Assembly (NCBI RefSeq): GCF_018350175.1
Contig: NC_058382.1
Span: 50,098,001-50,162,000 of the forward strand
Origin: Felis catus
Taxonomy: Eukaryota
DNA: 64,000 nucleotides
Reading direction: 5' to 3'
In this document: positions 12,521-24,988 of the stretch, piece by piece
Position numbering within the stretch: position 1 is the first letter of the stretch
How the letters are laid out: each line of letters opens with the position of its first letter
The notes under the pieces: model-generated
What the model was told of the DNA's origin: nothing
Database searches by the model: none
What the model saw: the letters and a program-made list of their open reading frames with translations, nothing else
Position numbers and translations under genes: made by a program

Positions 12521-12839
12521 TTATGCTTGATTTAATCTTCTGTTAGATGCTGCACTCAATCCATTTTATTTGAATTAGCGCTGGGTAAAAATGGCATATT
12601 TGGGGGGCAGAAATGATTATTCAGCACTGTTGTCACAAAATGCAAATTATTCATACACACTTTTATCATAGAAACAGTTCTTGGGCATTGTACAAGATTA
12701 GAAAATGCCACGCAAGCAAAAACACAAAACAGAAACTGACGTTGCCATGGCACAGAGATTACCACAGTTGACACCCTAGAGCATATCCCCCTGCACTTTT
12801 CCTGCAAATATATGTGAGTAATATTATACATATATTTGA

Positions 12840-13150
12840 AAGTTTATTTTTTAGAGGAGTTTTCGGTTCACAGAAGGTTTGAGAGGAACATACAGAGATT
12901 TCACATATATCCTCTCTCCCAACGCATGCATGCACTCCTTCACTATCAACATCAACATCCCCTACGGGAGCGTGAACATTTGTTATGATTGATGATCCTA
13001 CATCGACACATCATTATCACCCACAGTCTGCAGTTTACATGAGGGTTCACCCTTGGTGAGTCTTCTATGGGTTGGATAAATGTATAATGACATGAGTCCA
13101 CCATGGTTGCATCATACAGAGTATTTTCATTGCTCTAAAAATCCTCTATA
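12840..13150 (-). mobile_element. Old L1 3'UTR fragment (L1MC-like)
   Basis: ttagaggagttttcggttcacagaa…tgatgatcctacatcgacacatcattatcac…gggttcac motif. Confidence 0.75.
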
Positions 13151-13409
13151 AGATACTTTCAACAGTGCAATATGATACCACGTGCATTGTTTTATAATAT
13201 GCTTTTTTCAGCTAGCTATCTTGTTCTTTACAGACCAAAAACATCTTACCTCACCTAATACCATAAACGCAATAAAATATTTCCAAATGTCCCAATTTTG
13301 TTTTTTTATAGCTAATTTACCCAAATCAGCCTCCAATCCAGAACTACACAAGTGCTTGTGTTTCAATAATATTTTATTTGTATCTTGACCAGTTCCATAT
13401 TGCTCTGCT

Positions 13410-13805
13410 CTAGTTTATATACAGTAAAGTACAAAAATCCTAAGGGTACAGTTCAGTGAGTTTTGACACATGTAAAAATTTATGAAAACAACATGAAAAT
13501 GAAGATACAGAATATTTCACCACCTCCAAAGTTTCTTTGTCCCTCATTTCAGTCCATCGCTCCTCCAGAGGCAAACGCTCTCCTGATTTCTGTCATTATT
13601 GATTTATTTTTTATTGTTCTTGAACTTCATCTAAATAGAGTGATTCCGTATTTACTCCTCCTTTGAGTCTGGCTTTCACTAAACATTATGTTTTTGAAAT
13701 ACATCCATGCTGTGTTTAGCAATGCCCCTTCCCTTTTATTGCTAAGTAGAAAATACATTGTACATTGTATCCATCAATATACCACGGTTTGATTATCCAT
13801 CCTTT
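13410..13805 (-). mobile_element. Old L1 3' fragment (L1ME-like)
   Basis: acagtaaagtacaaaaatcctaagggtacagttcagtgagttttgaca…tttttgaaatacatccatg. Confidence 0.7.
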
Positions 13806-13807
13806 GC

Positions 13808-14050
13808 TGTGGTGGGTTTAAGAGTGGTCCCCAAACTGTGACACTCCGCCCACTGACAAGTGAGGTCAATGTCTCCACTCTTGAATTTGGGTTCTGTGGC
13901 TGCTTGACACCAGAAACTGGCAGCTTTACTTCCTGTCTCTTGGGATGGTTGTTACTGGCACAACTTGTATCCACCCTTCTGCGAGGAAACCCCTGCGACA
14001 GTGTGGACAGGCCTCCACGAAGAGGTCCAGGCAGAGACAGTTGTAGCCTC
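13808..14050 (+). mobile_element. MaLR LTR fragment (MLT1F/G-like)
   Basis: tgtggtgggtttaagagtggtcccc…tgtctccactcttgaatttggg…tgtggctgcttgac. Confidence 0.55.
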
Positions 14051-15978
14051 TAGCAGGATTCAATTACCTTTTTAAAAACGTCATTTCTTTTCAGTTTGAT
14101 ACTTTGAATTTTATTTATTTTTGAGCTTACAGATCTGTCATAAAATCCACCATCATTTGATGATTTAACGGGTTCAATTTACCTTTTTAAAAAAAACACA
14201 TTTAAAACAGTTGTTTTTAAGTCTTTGCAGATTTCCATAGCGGGGTCATTAGTAGGTCTGCCTTTATTGAATTTCCTTCTATCGATTATGGGTCCATTTA
14301 TCTACTTCTTTACATATTTTGTAAGTTTTTATTCTATGCCAGTCCTTGAAGAACAGTGAAATATGATGTTTTTTCTTTCTTCTTTTCTTTTTTCCCCAGA
14401 GGGTACAAGAACTTTCTTCCATCAGGCAGCCTAGCCAGGGTCTGTTTCTTTAGATTCCTCTTACTTCGAATTGGGCCAGGGCTGGACTGCAGCTGCAGTT
14501 AGTTTATGTCTGATTTCAAATATGATTTAGGGATTTAAGTTTGTCCTTCAGCTCAATCCCCAACTTTCTTTACTGCTGTTGCTACAACTGAGGGACAAAT
14601 AAATCTCTTTGATCCTCTGAGGATTTGAACTTGAAGGGGTTTGATTTTTAGCTTAGTTGGTTATGATTCCCGTATGGATTCAAATTTTGCAGGGCCCTGG
14701 GATCTGAACACCATGAAAATGGTCCAAATTTTGTCTGTCTTTTAGCCCTGTCCTCATAACAATTTCTGCCGCTTTCTCAGAGAACGACTTCCAGGGGATG
14801 GAAGAGGGGGGAATATGTTGGGCTGAACAATGATTTTACTAGTTGAGCTCTTACAGATTCCACCTTCTTCTGCTGGCCTCACTGTTGCTAAAGTGTGGCT
14901 GGTTTCTCCTCACACTTCCCTCTTCCATCTATGACGAGTGTGCTCTTTTCCATATCCGCAGTCAGATTGGAATTTGCCGCTAGGTGTGGCGGCATCTGCA
15001 GCTCTTTGCTTGTCTCTCTCTGGAATTTAGCTCATTAAGGCTCTTTTTTTTTTTTTTTTTGCATCCATCCACTGATCTTTGATAGCTATATAGAAGTGTT
15101 TTTTTTCCCCCTTGTTGTTACCATGGGAATGACGGTCTTGTGCACCAATCCACATCCTAATCAGAGACAAAACTCCCCCAACAACTTTAGAGTATTTATT
15201 CTTTTCTGATTACAAACTTTGGGATCAGTTCTGTGATTTATAAGGTTTGCATTATAGGATTCCTTTAAATATTAAGCAGACAGAAGAGTATTGGAGATGC
15301 AATTGGAATTTCTAAACCACCAAATCTAGCGCTTAGGAGTTTTTGTGATTCTCTGTGTGTTTCTCACAGGGGAGAAAGTGATTGGCAGTGAGATATCAAC
15401 AGACACAGGCAAAGGCTGCAGATCCCGTTAATGTCAGTGAAGGATCAAAGATTTAACTGCATGGCGATGGCTATACCAAGCTGGAGACTCAGCAGCGTTC
15501 CACCTTTTGGAGATCAATTTTCATGGCCTCAAAATTCCTGGAACAGTGCTTGTCAGCCAATAACACAGCCTGTCTGTGGACAGGCTCTCCCCAGGCAGGT
15601 TTTTCAAGAGGCTCAACCTGGGTCCAAGAAGAGGCCATTGTGCCCCTCTGGCTTGTATGTTCCTGTGACTATATGGAGAAGCCCCAGTCATTCTCACTCT
15701 GTGCTATGTCCTCACCTCCTGGTCTGGGAAATCCAGTTAAAACCTTAAATTAACTCTCTCTGTTGTCCTGGGGATGTCATGTGCCTCTTTTATCACTGTG
15801 GGTGCACTCTGGTCCTAAAGTCCTTCTGGAAACATGCAGGTGTACAGAATCAAAGATTGATCTGTCATCCCTGGGAATCTGACCATCCCACAGAGAAATG
15901 GGCTTAAGGTCTTTCTTAAGTCCTATCCTGATACACAAGTAAAACCTTTAAACTCTCAGCATCTAATTGCGTATCTTT

Positions 15979-16190
15979 AAAAAAAAAATTTTTTTAACAT
16001 TTATTTATTAGAGAGAGACAGAGCATGAGCATGGGAGGGGCAGTGAGAGGGGTAGACACAGAATCCGAAGCAGGCTCTAGGCTCTGAGCTGTCAGCACAG
16101 AGCCCGACACAGGGCTCGAACTCACAAACCACGAGATCATGACCTGAGCTGAAGTTGGACGCCTAACCCACTGAGCCACCCAGGTGCCCC
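15979..16190 (-). mobile_element. CAN-SINE
   Basis: Full body; degenerate TSD TAA(T/C)TGC(G/A)TATCTT. Confidence 0.95.
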
Positions 16191-16962
16191 TAACTGCATA
16201 TCTTAAATCCGTGTAGGTTTCATATATTAACTATATCTTATAAAGCTGTAAAACTAAACTCCATTAGCATCAAGTTTCTCACAGGTTCTCACAAAGAACT
16301 TAGTAATAATAATATGTAACTCACTGCTAGTGAGGATAAGGATAATAGACGTGTCCTTGCTTTGAAAAATGTAGAGTACTGATCAGATTGGGATGGAAGG
16401 AGATTTCATAGGGCTTTTGGGTCTGGAGGTGACACAATGATTGCATTACCCATTTGCAAACCCTATTTGTAAACAAAGGTTTTAGGGAATGGTATTAAGA
16501 GATTTGGCTATTTCCGGTTCTTAGATATAGGGAGCAGTTCCTCCGTGTTCACCACAAGACACTGAGTGTCAGGGATGTAGGAACAAATGCAAAGCCAGTA
16601 AGGGGAGAAATTTGATCTGGTCCAGTTTTTGCCAAAAGGGTTGGTATGGTGAGGTGATTTACTTTATGCTTTAAGTAATTGGAAATTATTGAAGGATTTT
16701 AAGAGAGGAATTTTAGATTCCTTAGCTTTTTTCCCTAAGATACAGAACTGTTCTCATTCGTCTTGTTTCTGTGCTACATCTATTCTTTCTATTTCTTTCG
16801 GCACAAAACATTTTAGAGCTAAATTAACTATGTTTAAATTATATTTAATATTGACAAATGTTTGAAATGGCTATTTCTGGAAATTTGTACATTTACCTCT
16901 CTATAATACATCTCCCAAAGTCATCATTTTGTAGAGTTGTATTGAAATGTATTTTTATTTTG

Positions 16963-17908
16963 AAAGAAGACATACAAACAGCCATAGGTATATGAAAAGG
17001 GGCTCAAAATCACTAAACAGGGAAATGCAAATCAAAACCACCATGAGCTATCACCTCACACCTGTTATTAAAAAACATGAAAAAGCAAAAGGTAAAAATT
17101 GGGGAGGATGTGGAGAAAAGGGAACCTTTGTGTGCTGTTGGTGGTAATATAAACCGGGGCAGACACTGTGGAAAACAGGATGTGGTTTCTGAAAACATTA
17201 AAATAGAATGACCATATGATCCAGCAATTCTGCTCTGGATGTATATCCAAAGAAATTAAATCACTATGTTGAATAAATATCTGCACTCTTGTGTTTATTG
17301 CAACATTATTCACAATAGCTAAGAGAAGGAAGCAACCTAAATGTGCATCAACAGATGAATGAAAACGTGGCATACATATAAAATGAAATATTTGGTCTTA
17401 AAAGAAGAAGGAAATCCTGTCATTTGCAACAACATGGATGAACCCAGACGACATTGTGTGAAGTGAAATAAGCCAGGCACAGAAGGGTAAATACTACATG
17501 ATACCACTTACGTGAGGAATGTAGATCATAGAGGCAGCAAGTGGAAAGGTGGTTGCCAGGGACTGGGGGGGAAGGGCCACAGGGAAATATTAGTCTAAGA
17601 CAATAGGTTTCAGTTATAGAAGACGAATGATACCTAAAGATCTACTGTGCTTAGAGTGAACAGTACTGTATTGTATACTTAAAAATTTGCTATGAGGCTA
17701 AATCTTATGTTAAGTGTTCTTATCACACACACACAATAATAAAGAGGGTGCAAAGAAAGATTTGGAAGTGATAGGCATGTTGATGGCATAGACAGTGGTG
17801 AGCGTTTCATGGGTGTGTACTTATCTCCAAACTCAAGTTGTATGCCTTACATACGTACAGCTTTTGCTATCTCAATCAGACCTCAATAAAGTGGTTAAAA
17901 AAAAAAAA
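16963..17908 (+). mobile_element. 5'-truncated old L1 (L1MB2-like 3' end)
   Basis: ORF2 C-terminal remnant (REMQIKTTMSYHLTP, CGEKGTFVCCWW) and 3'UTR ending cctcaataaagtggtt + poly-A. Confidence 0.9.
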
Positions 17909-18136
17909 GAAATGCATTTATTTTGCAAGGTGCTTTGCAGCATCACCATAATGACATCCGTGGAAACATTTCAAGTGCTCCATATTCCAGTAAGTTAAAC
18001 CCTGAAATAGATTCAGGTACCGAAACAGTAATACTGCATGTTGATTCACATATATAAATACACGCTTATGTAGAGAGGCCATTGTTAGATGTGGTCAGTT
18101 CTTAGATTAGTCCTTCTGCTTCAGGAGGTTATAATC

Positions 18137-18167
18137 TTTTTTTTTTTTTTGGTAATGTTTGTTTATT

Positions 18168-18218
<51 letters not shown>

Positions 18219-18376
18219 GAGGGGCAGAGAGAGAGAGGAAGACACAGAATCCAAAGGTGGCTCCAGGTTCTGAGCTGTCAGCGCAGAGCCCGAAGCAGGG
18301 CTCCCACTCACAGACGACAAGATCATGACCTGAGCTGAAGTTGGATGCTTAACCAACTGAGCCACCCAGGAGCCCC
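18137..18376 (-). mobile_element. CAN-SINE with (GA)n expansion
   Basis: Perfect TSD AGGAGGTTATAATC at 18123-18136 and 18377-18390. Confidence 0.95.
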
Positions 18377-18509
18377 AGGAGGTTATAATCCATTAGAGAC
18401 CATTGTGAAATGTGACCAAGTGAGTCACAAGTGAGGCCGGGGGTTGTTAAATTTTATGGCAAACGCATCCCAGAATATTTTCATTCTTTTGCAAATATGT
18501 GTCAAAGCA

Positions 18510-19027
18510 AGGATTGTACAGGACTAAGTTTAGCAGGCAAGGACAACTTCATTCAAGGCTGTTGCAGTAGGGGAGAGAGCCCAGAACTTAAAGTGTGAAC
18601 TCAACTCTGCTTAGACAAAGGCTGGGAGAGCTTTTAATTTTGGGGGTATGGAGGGATCATAGGTCATTTGTGTTTGCTAATTTGGCCTTATCCAAAGGAA
18701 AAGTAAACTTTTCCTTATGTGCATGAGAGAAGATGTTTTACTTGGAGCAAAGTGCCCATGGAAGTTTGGCTCCTACCTTCTCCTGGAAAATGGGATCTAT
18801 CCCCTGATGTTAGCATTTCAAAAAGATGGCTCTCAGCTCTTAGATGAAGTCATTCCTGGATTGAAAAATGGGCAAGATGCCTTTAAAAAGATTTACATAT
18901 TTATAGAAGAAATTACAGGTTTTCTAAAGAAAACCCTCTGAGGAAAGGGAGGTCAATGCTCAGCGTTAGGAAGAGCCTGTCTAAAGTTTAATCAAGCTGA
19001 GGTGAACCTTAAGTCCCTCTTGGGTCA
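18510..19027 (-). mobile_element. ERV1 solo LTR (MER31/MER67-like)
   Basis: Minus strand begins tgacccaagagggacttaaggttcacctcagcttgattaaactttagacaggctcttcct, as I recall for MER31/MER67 LTR 5' ends. Confidence 0.7.
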
Positions 19028-19119
19028 TCTGCATGCTTGAAAGCTTTCTGTAAACCATATTGTCACATTTTATGTTAATTCAATAATAAGATAACAAACC
19101 AGCACTTGATAAAACTTAA

Positions 19120-19272
19120 CAGTTTGCAAAACATTTTCCTACATGTCATTTCTTTTTATCTTCACAGTCACCTGTGAATAGCATATAATTGTCTCCCCAA
19201 TCTATATATGAGAAACTTGAGTCTCAGAAATGGTGAGTGAATTAACAGAATCATATAGCTGGTGAATGGTAG
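19120..19272 (-). mobile_element. MIR fragment
   Basis: catttctttttatcttcacag…atgagaaacttgagtctcagaaatggtgagtga…atagctggtgaatggtagag. Confidence 0.7.
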
Positions 19273-19282
19273 AGAAGGTGGT

Positions 19283-19333
19283 ATTTTTTAAAAGTGTTTA
19301 TTTTGGTGGGGGGGGACAGAGAGAGGGGGAGAT

Positions 19334-19390
<57 letters not shown>

Positions 19391-19467
19391 TAAGCAGGCT
19401 CCATGCTGCCAGCCCAGAGTCCGGCGATGAGTTGGATGATTAATCGACTGAGCCACCCAGGTGCCCT
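19283..19467 (-). mobile_element. CAN-SINE, internally deleted, with (GA)n
   Basis: Body jumps from gcccagagtcc to gagttggatg; TSD-like GTAGAG(A/G)AGGTG on both sides. Confidence 0.9.
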
Positions 19468-20681
19468 AGTAGAGGAGGTGTTTTAAGGCATCTGATTCCT
19501 GTGCCCTCTCCAACTTGTCCTCCTTATTTAAGGGAACTCTTAAATGTGATAAATTCTTCAGGAAAACAACAAAAAACAATTGCTCTAACATTGTTCTTTT
19601 GATTTGAGATCTCTGTTTTGTTTCTTTAAATTGTATTAATATAGTTAGTAGATTAGTAGATAAACCTAACAGATAACTACTATCAACTTTGGATGATAAC
19701 AAGTCATGTCAATTCCCTATTAAAAGTGAGCTTATGAATCTATAAGAACATTATGTAGAAAAATTAACTCATGAAAACCAATTTTTATTTGCTATAAATA
19801 TCTAATCACTCAATTATTTCTCCTTATGCTCATTAAACTTATCTCCTGGAGTTTCTTGGTCAAAAATCTCCTATGGGATATGCTCTAAAATTTTAGCACA
19901 AATCAAGGAAGATGGGGACTTTTATTCAGGTGTGAGTTTTAATTTCATGAGCTATTTAACAGCTTCCAAATGGAGTTTCTCTGTAGCCAGAATCAAATAT
20001 AAAGATTTTCTTTGCCACGGTTTCAACTTAATTTGAAAATGATTTGGATGATAGAGAGAAGGGCTTGTCTCAACACTACTGTCTAGACTCTCTTGACAAA
20101 TTTTAACCAGCTTTCAAGTGCCTTTTTGTTCACCAGCAGCATCCGACCACTCCCTTTACAGCACTGTCAAAGTCTGAACAGCCCTCCTCACTTTCTTACG
20201 CATTGAGCATGTTCTCACTTGGGATTTTTCTACCAGTCCTTCAGGCCTCCTCCTCATCATTCTTCTCTTTTGAAATTTATTGCAGTTTTGATTTCCTGCC
20301 ATGGTAATGGGTTATCTTTTATAACTGTGAAGATGAGTGCTTTCATTTGGAGAAAGTCTACAGCATTCCTGTCGGGCTCCGGATAATAGCTTAGAAGCGC
20401 TATTCATCGAGTTTCTTAACTATGTCAATAGTTCAGGACACCCTGTTATCTATTTTACAGGGTCCGACGGTGTTTTCAATTCCTACGATACAGGTTTGGA
20501 ATGTTATTGAGGCAAACAGTTCAGCAAGTTTTACAACTGGGTACAGAAGAGGATGGCGTCTATAATTACAAAGGTTGGTTGAAAAGGGAGGATGAGGCAG
20601 GTTCAGCGTAGAGTGTTGTATTCTGGTGTCAGTATGATGATAAACGTTGGGAGCTGAAAGGTATCATCTATTGACTTTTGA

Positions 20682-20901
20682 AGTGGTTCTCAACGGGTGG
20701 GAGGGCGTGATTTTCTCTTTCCACCCTGGGACATTTGGCAATGTCCTGAGACATATTTGGTTATCACACTGGAGGAGGCATACTGGCATCTAGTGGGTGG
20801 AGGCCAGGGATTCTCGGAGACATTCCCCCATGCACTAGGAAGCCCCTACAACAGAGAATTGTCCAGTCCAAAATGTCAAGTGATAAGGATGAGACATCCT
20901 G
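20682..20901 (+). mobile_element. MER20 (hAT-Charlie MITE)
   Basis: gtggttctcaac…gggacatttggcaatgtcctgagaca…tactggcatctagtgggtggaggccaggga…acaacagagaattgtccagtccaaaatgtcaa. Confidence 0.9.
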
Positions 20902-20959
20902 TATTTAACACTATTTTATTACACTATTACAAGTAGTACCTTAGTACTACTTGTAGTAC

Positions 20960-22380
20960 TTTTCAGTATCGGATATTTTTCTTGTTGATTTATTTTTCCT
21001 GGTGTGTTTTTCTATCTTGACCGCGTAGGCCACCTCCATTTCTTCATTCCACTGATCAATGCTCAGTAAAATTTTCTTTACCAGGGAGATTATTTCCGTT
21101 TCTTTCGGGTTTTTTTTTCCCCTGAGGTTTTATCCGGTTCTCTTCTTTGTAGAATATTCCTGTTTCTTCATTCTGCTTGACTCTCTGTGTCGTGGACTCT
21201 GTGTACATTAGATAAAAGAATGCTTCCTGCGGGAGATGAACCTTATCATTCAACCCCGCCCTAGCCCTTGGCTGTCTTTCAAAGCTTTGTGATTGTCCAA
21301 GCAGCCTATTTTATTTTTAGAGGCCGCCAGAAGTTGAGGGAAGACCCCTCAGTGTCCCCAAGGGGGTGGGTGGGAGGAGAATCCCAGTGGGCTCCTGGAT
21401 GCAAGTTGATTGAAAGCCAGACCCTCATACAATAGTTTAAAAGTGTGCAAACGTATACGACTGTGAGACCGCCAGCTTAAGCCCTGCTGTCAACCAAAGC
21501 CAGGTGATAGAAGTATCCCCTGGTGGCCGCCGCAAAAACGGGGGCCTCAGACATAAAACCAGGGCCTCTGAAGTAAAACTGAGGCTCCGGTGTAAGACTG
21601 GGCATCCGACCTAAAAAGAGGGCATCCGACATAAAACCCAGGCACCTGTAAACCGGGCACCTGCTTTAAACCCCGGCACCTGACGTAAACTCAGCCATGT
21701 GACGTAAACCCAGGCACTTGACGTAAACTCAGCCACCTGACGTAAACCCAGGCACTTGACGTAAACTCAGCCACCTGACGTAAACCCAGGCACTTGACGT
21801 AAAATCAGCCACTTGATGGAAGACCCGCGCCTGCGGCCTATGAAATCTCCCGTCCAGGAGACCTGGGCGCCGGTCAGTCTCTCCCCGCCAGGACAACTTC
21901 AGCTGGCTTCCACACTCCAGTCAAACCCGATGTCTGCCCTCTCGGGTCCTCGCTCCGAGAAGCCAACGCTGTCGCACACAGGGTTTGGGCTTCCCCCTCG
22001 TCATCCCCGCATGGGACCCGGGTGAGTCTAAGCGCGGCCTGTGAGAACTGCCTCTCAGGTGTGTGGTCTGTGTGTTCAAAGCTGGGATTGTCTGATGCGG
22101 GGTTCAGACTCTTCAGTCTTCAGGGAGAGGCTCGGGTTTTGGGGTCGTCGGGGCTTAAGAGCCGGGGGGAGGGTCTGCGGGCCGACTGTGTCCCGGCCGC
22201 TCCTGGCGCGCTGCGCGTCTGTGTGGCCCTTCTCTCCTTCGCCTGAGGCACAGGAGGCCTCCAGCTCTTAGGGCTTTTTGTTTCCAGAGGAAGTTGTTCC
22301 ATAGGTAGCTGTAGACTTGGTCGGTTCCCAGAAGGAGCCGAGCTTAGGATCCTCTTCCGTCACCGTCTTGAACTGGAACG
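20960..22380 (-). mobile_element. Old L1-family 5'UTR plus degraded ORF1 start, 3'-truncated
   Basis: Minus strand starts gttccagttcaagacggtgacggaagaggatcctaagctc…tctacagctacctatggaacaa (L1M-type 5' end); near 21070-21175 degraded ORF1 N-terminus (aatgaagaaacagg…NNLPGKE). Confidence 0.75.
21535..21815. repeat. Minisatellite: ~19-20-bp units, homogeneous 38-bp dimer in 21681-21813
   Basis: Alternating TGACGTAAACTCAGCCACC / TGACGTAAACCCAGGCACT; TGACGTAA at 21681, 21700, 21719, 21738, 21757, 21776, 21795. Confidence 0.95.
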
Positions 22381-22400
22381 CCTCGGTAAGATGTTCTCGA
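21680..22400 (+). promoter_or_regulatory. CpG-island-like candidate promoter with CRE/ATF-like site array
   Basis: About 32 CpG in 21820-22260 by hand count in an otherwise CpG-poor window; seven TGACGTAA; donor CGG|GTGAGT at 22021/22022. Function is inferred. Confidence 0.55.
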
Positions 22401-23257
22401 ACGTTCTGTGTTCCACAGCCACCGTTGCTTTTCACAAGAGGGGAGACTGAGGCCAAAATGTTATAGACCCATGTGGTGGTAGTTCATATCAAGATACTGG
22501 TGTCTTGATTTAGAAGTGCGCGGCCCATCCTGCTGTTGTCCGAATGCAAGGCAGTTGCGTCCACTGGTTTGTTGTTAAATCTAGAAGTCAAGAGAAACCG
22601 TCATCTTCTCTTATGTATTCCTAATGTTTCAAGAGCCTCTCAAATTTTTTAGCAGTATTTTCCTGATAGCATTCACTTAGATGCTTGGTACAAAAGAACT
22701 GTACCCCGTTCTCTATTTTTCTGGAACATGTCATGTCCTCTTAGTGGCGACAGAAAAAAGCAAAAACAAAAACCAAAATTTCAGGAAAACGAAGACTTCA
22801 TAACAATTGTGGAGTATGTAAATATCTGTTCTCATACACTCCAGATAAATTGCTCCAAGAAACTTGTAGAAATGGCTTACAAATATTATGTTTTTGTTTT
22901 TTGTCACTTTAATTAAAAGGTATCATTATTTATTTATTATGCTAGTAAGCCTCAGCTTGACTTTGACTTTTGGTGATCCATACTTGAGGGGGAATTCCTG
23001 GAATCTTGCTGATGTCCATCTTGATTACAACTTTTAGAAAACATTTTTGTTTCTTCACCTATGATGTGTGTAATCAGAAGGAGTTCATAGTCTGCCATGG
23101 GCTATCTTTTTTGAATTAAGCTGGTAAGGTATAGCTTAGCACCTTTACTGTGGAATCAGCCGGTAAGCTACGACTTTACCACTTTCTAAAAACAGAGCAG
23201 TGATCCAACCACCATTTTGGATGAAACCTTTCTGTTTTAATTTACACCTGTATTAAA

Positions 23258-23708
<451 letters not shown>

Positions 23709-24484
23709 TTAATCTTTATAGGGCCCTTTTTAGGTATGCAGGAAATACATTTCTAATTCAGTATACTTTTTAATACATCATACAGATTTATCTCTGAATA
23801 ACCCCAACCAGTCTGTAAGCTTTTGTAAGGCTGGAAGCACATTTTATACCTCTTTGCATCACATCAGTGCCCTTAATAGGAAAAAGTAAATGTGTTTTTG
23901 TTGATTTAGCTATTGTAAAAATTTAATACCAGGGAACTCAAAATACGTAGACGACATGCAAGATTTGGCAGACTCTTTTAGGATTAAGCAAATTCTAAAT
24001 TTTTAGGACCCCAATCAGTCAATTCCCCATGTATGTTGGAAATGTGAAAACCAGAGAGTTAGTATGAAATCTAAGTTTCTTCATGCCTGTTTAAAATTCA
24101 GCTTGATTTCATTTCTTGAAACCTGGTCTGTTCCCTACAATGTTGAAGGTAAAAATCACGAGAAATCACCGTATTACAAATGTAAAGAAATAGCAAGCAT
24201 AGGACCAATGCTGTTAGTGTTTTATTGTCATCTAGCACTTTTTTAGCCACTTAAAATATTTCACCACATTTGAGAGTCAGCACAATGTTAAGTGCCCTGG
24301 GAATAAAATGATGTGGTTCTGAGTCCTGATTGTGATTTCAAGCATTTGTTTAAATCTCTGCAATTCATGATAATTATATATATTTCTCATGATGCTTGGA
24401 AAAATTAAATGAGATTATACGATTGTACTTTGTAAACTGAAAGGCATTATAAAATGTTAACTACGATTTGGAGGTTTGAGGAAT

Positions 24485-24988
24485 GATCAACAATGTTTTG
24501 CATAATAAATTATTCCAAGACTTAGTGGTGTGAAAAAGCAATCATTTTATTTGCTCATATTTGCATGGCTCAGCAATTGGGAAATGATTTGACTAGGCAG
24601 CTCTTGATTGGGTCTGTAGTGCAATTGTGATCACATGTTGGCTATCACTATAGTTGTCTAGACTTGACTGGCAGGATGTCCAAGAGGGTTCACTCACATG
24701 ACTGGGAGCTGAAGCTGGTGGTAAGCTGGGGACCATAGCTGGGGCTATGAGTACGAGTTTCTTTCTTTACTCCTCTGCTCCAGCTTGGTGATCGTAGGGT
24801 AGCCATTTATTAAATGAATTCCCTAGACTGAGTGTCCCAAGAGAACGAGATGGAAGCTGCCTAGCTGTGGAGGCCCTGTGGTATCACTTCTGCATCCCAT
24901 TGGTCCTGATATTTAAGAAGGGAGGATAAACTCCCATCTGTCAATGGGAGGAGTACCAGTGATATCACAGACATATTTTAAAACCACC
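24485..24988 (-). mobile_element. Old MaLR LTR (MLT1K/L-like)
   Basis: tgcataataaattattccaagacttagtgg…aatcattttatttgctca…gatgtccaaga…ttcactcacatgactgg…atcacttctgc…atttttaaaaccac. Confidence 0.7.

Noticed and set aside
17930..17989. 60-nt AG…GTAAGT exon-like segment; isolated strong acceptors at ~15369 and ~60898
   Set aside because: No recognisable peptide or coherent exon chain; such sites occur by chance in 64 kb
21681..21813. Regular repeat array resembling a CRISPR array
   Set aside because: Contiguous alternating 19-mers with no unique spacers and no cas genes, in mammalian DNA: a minisatellite
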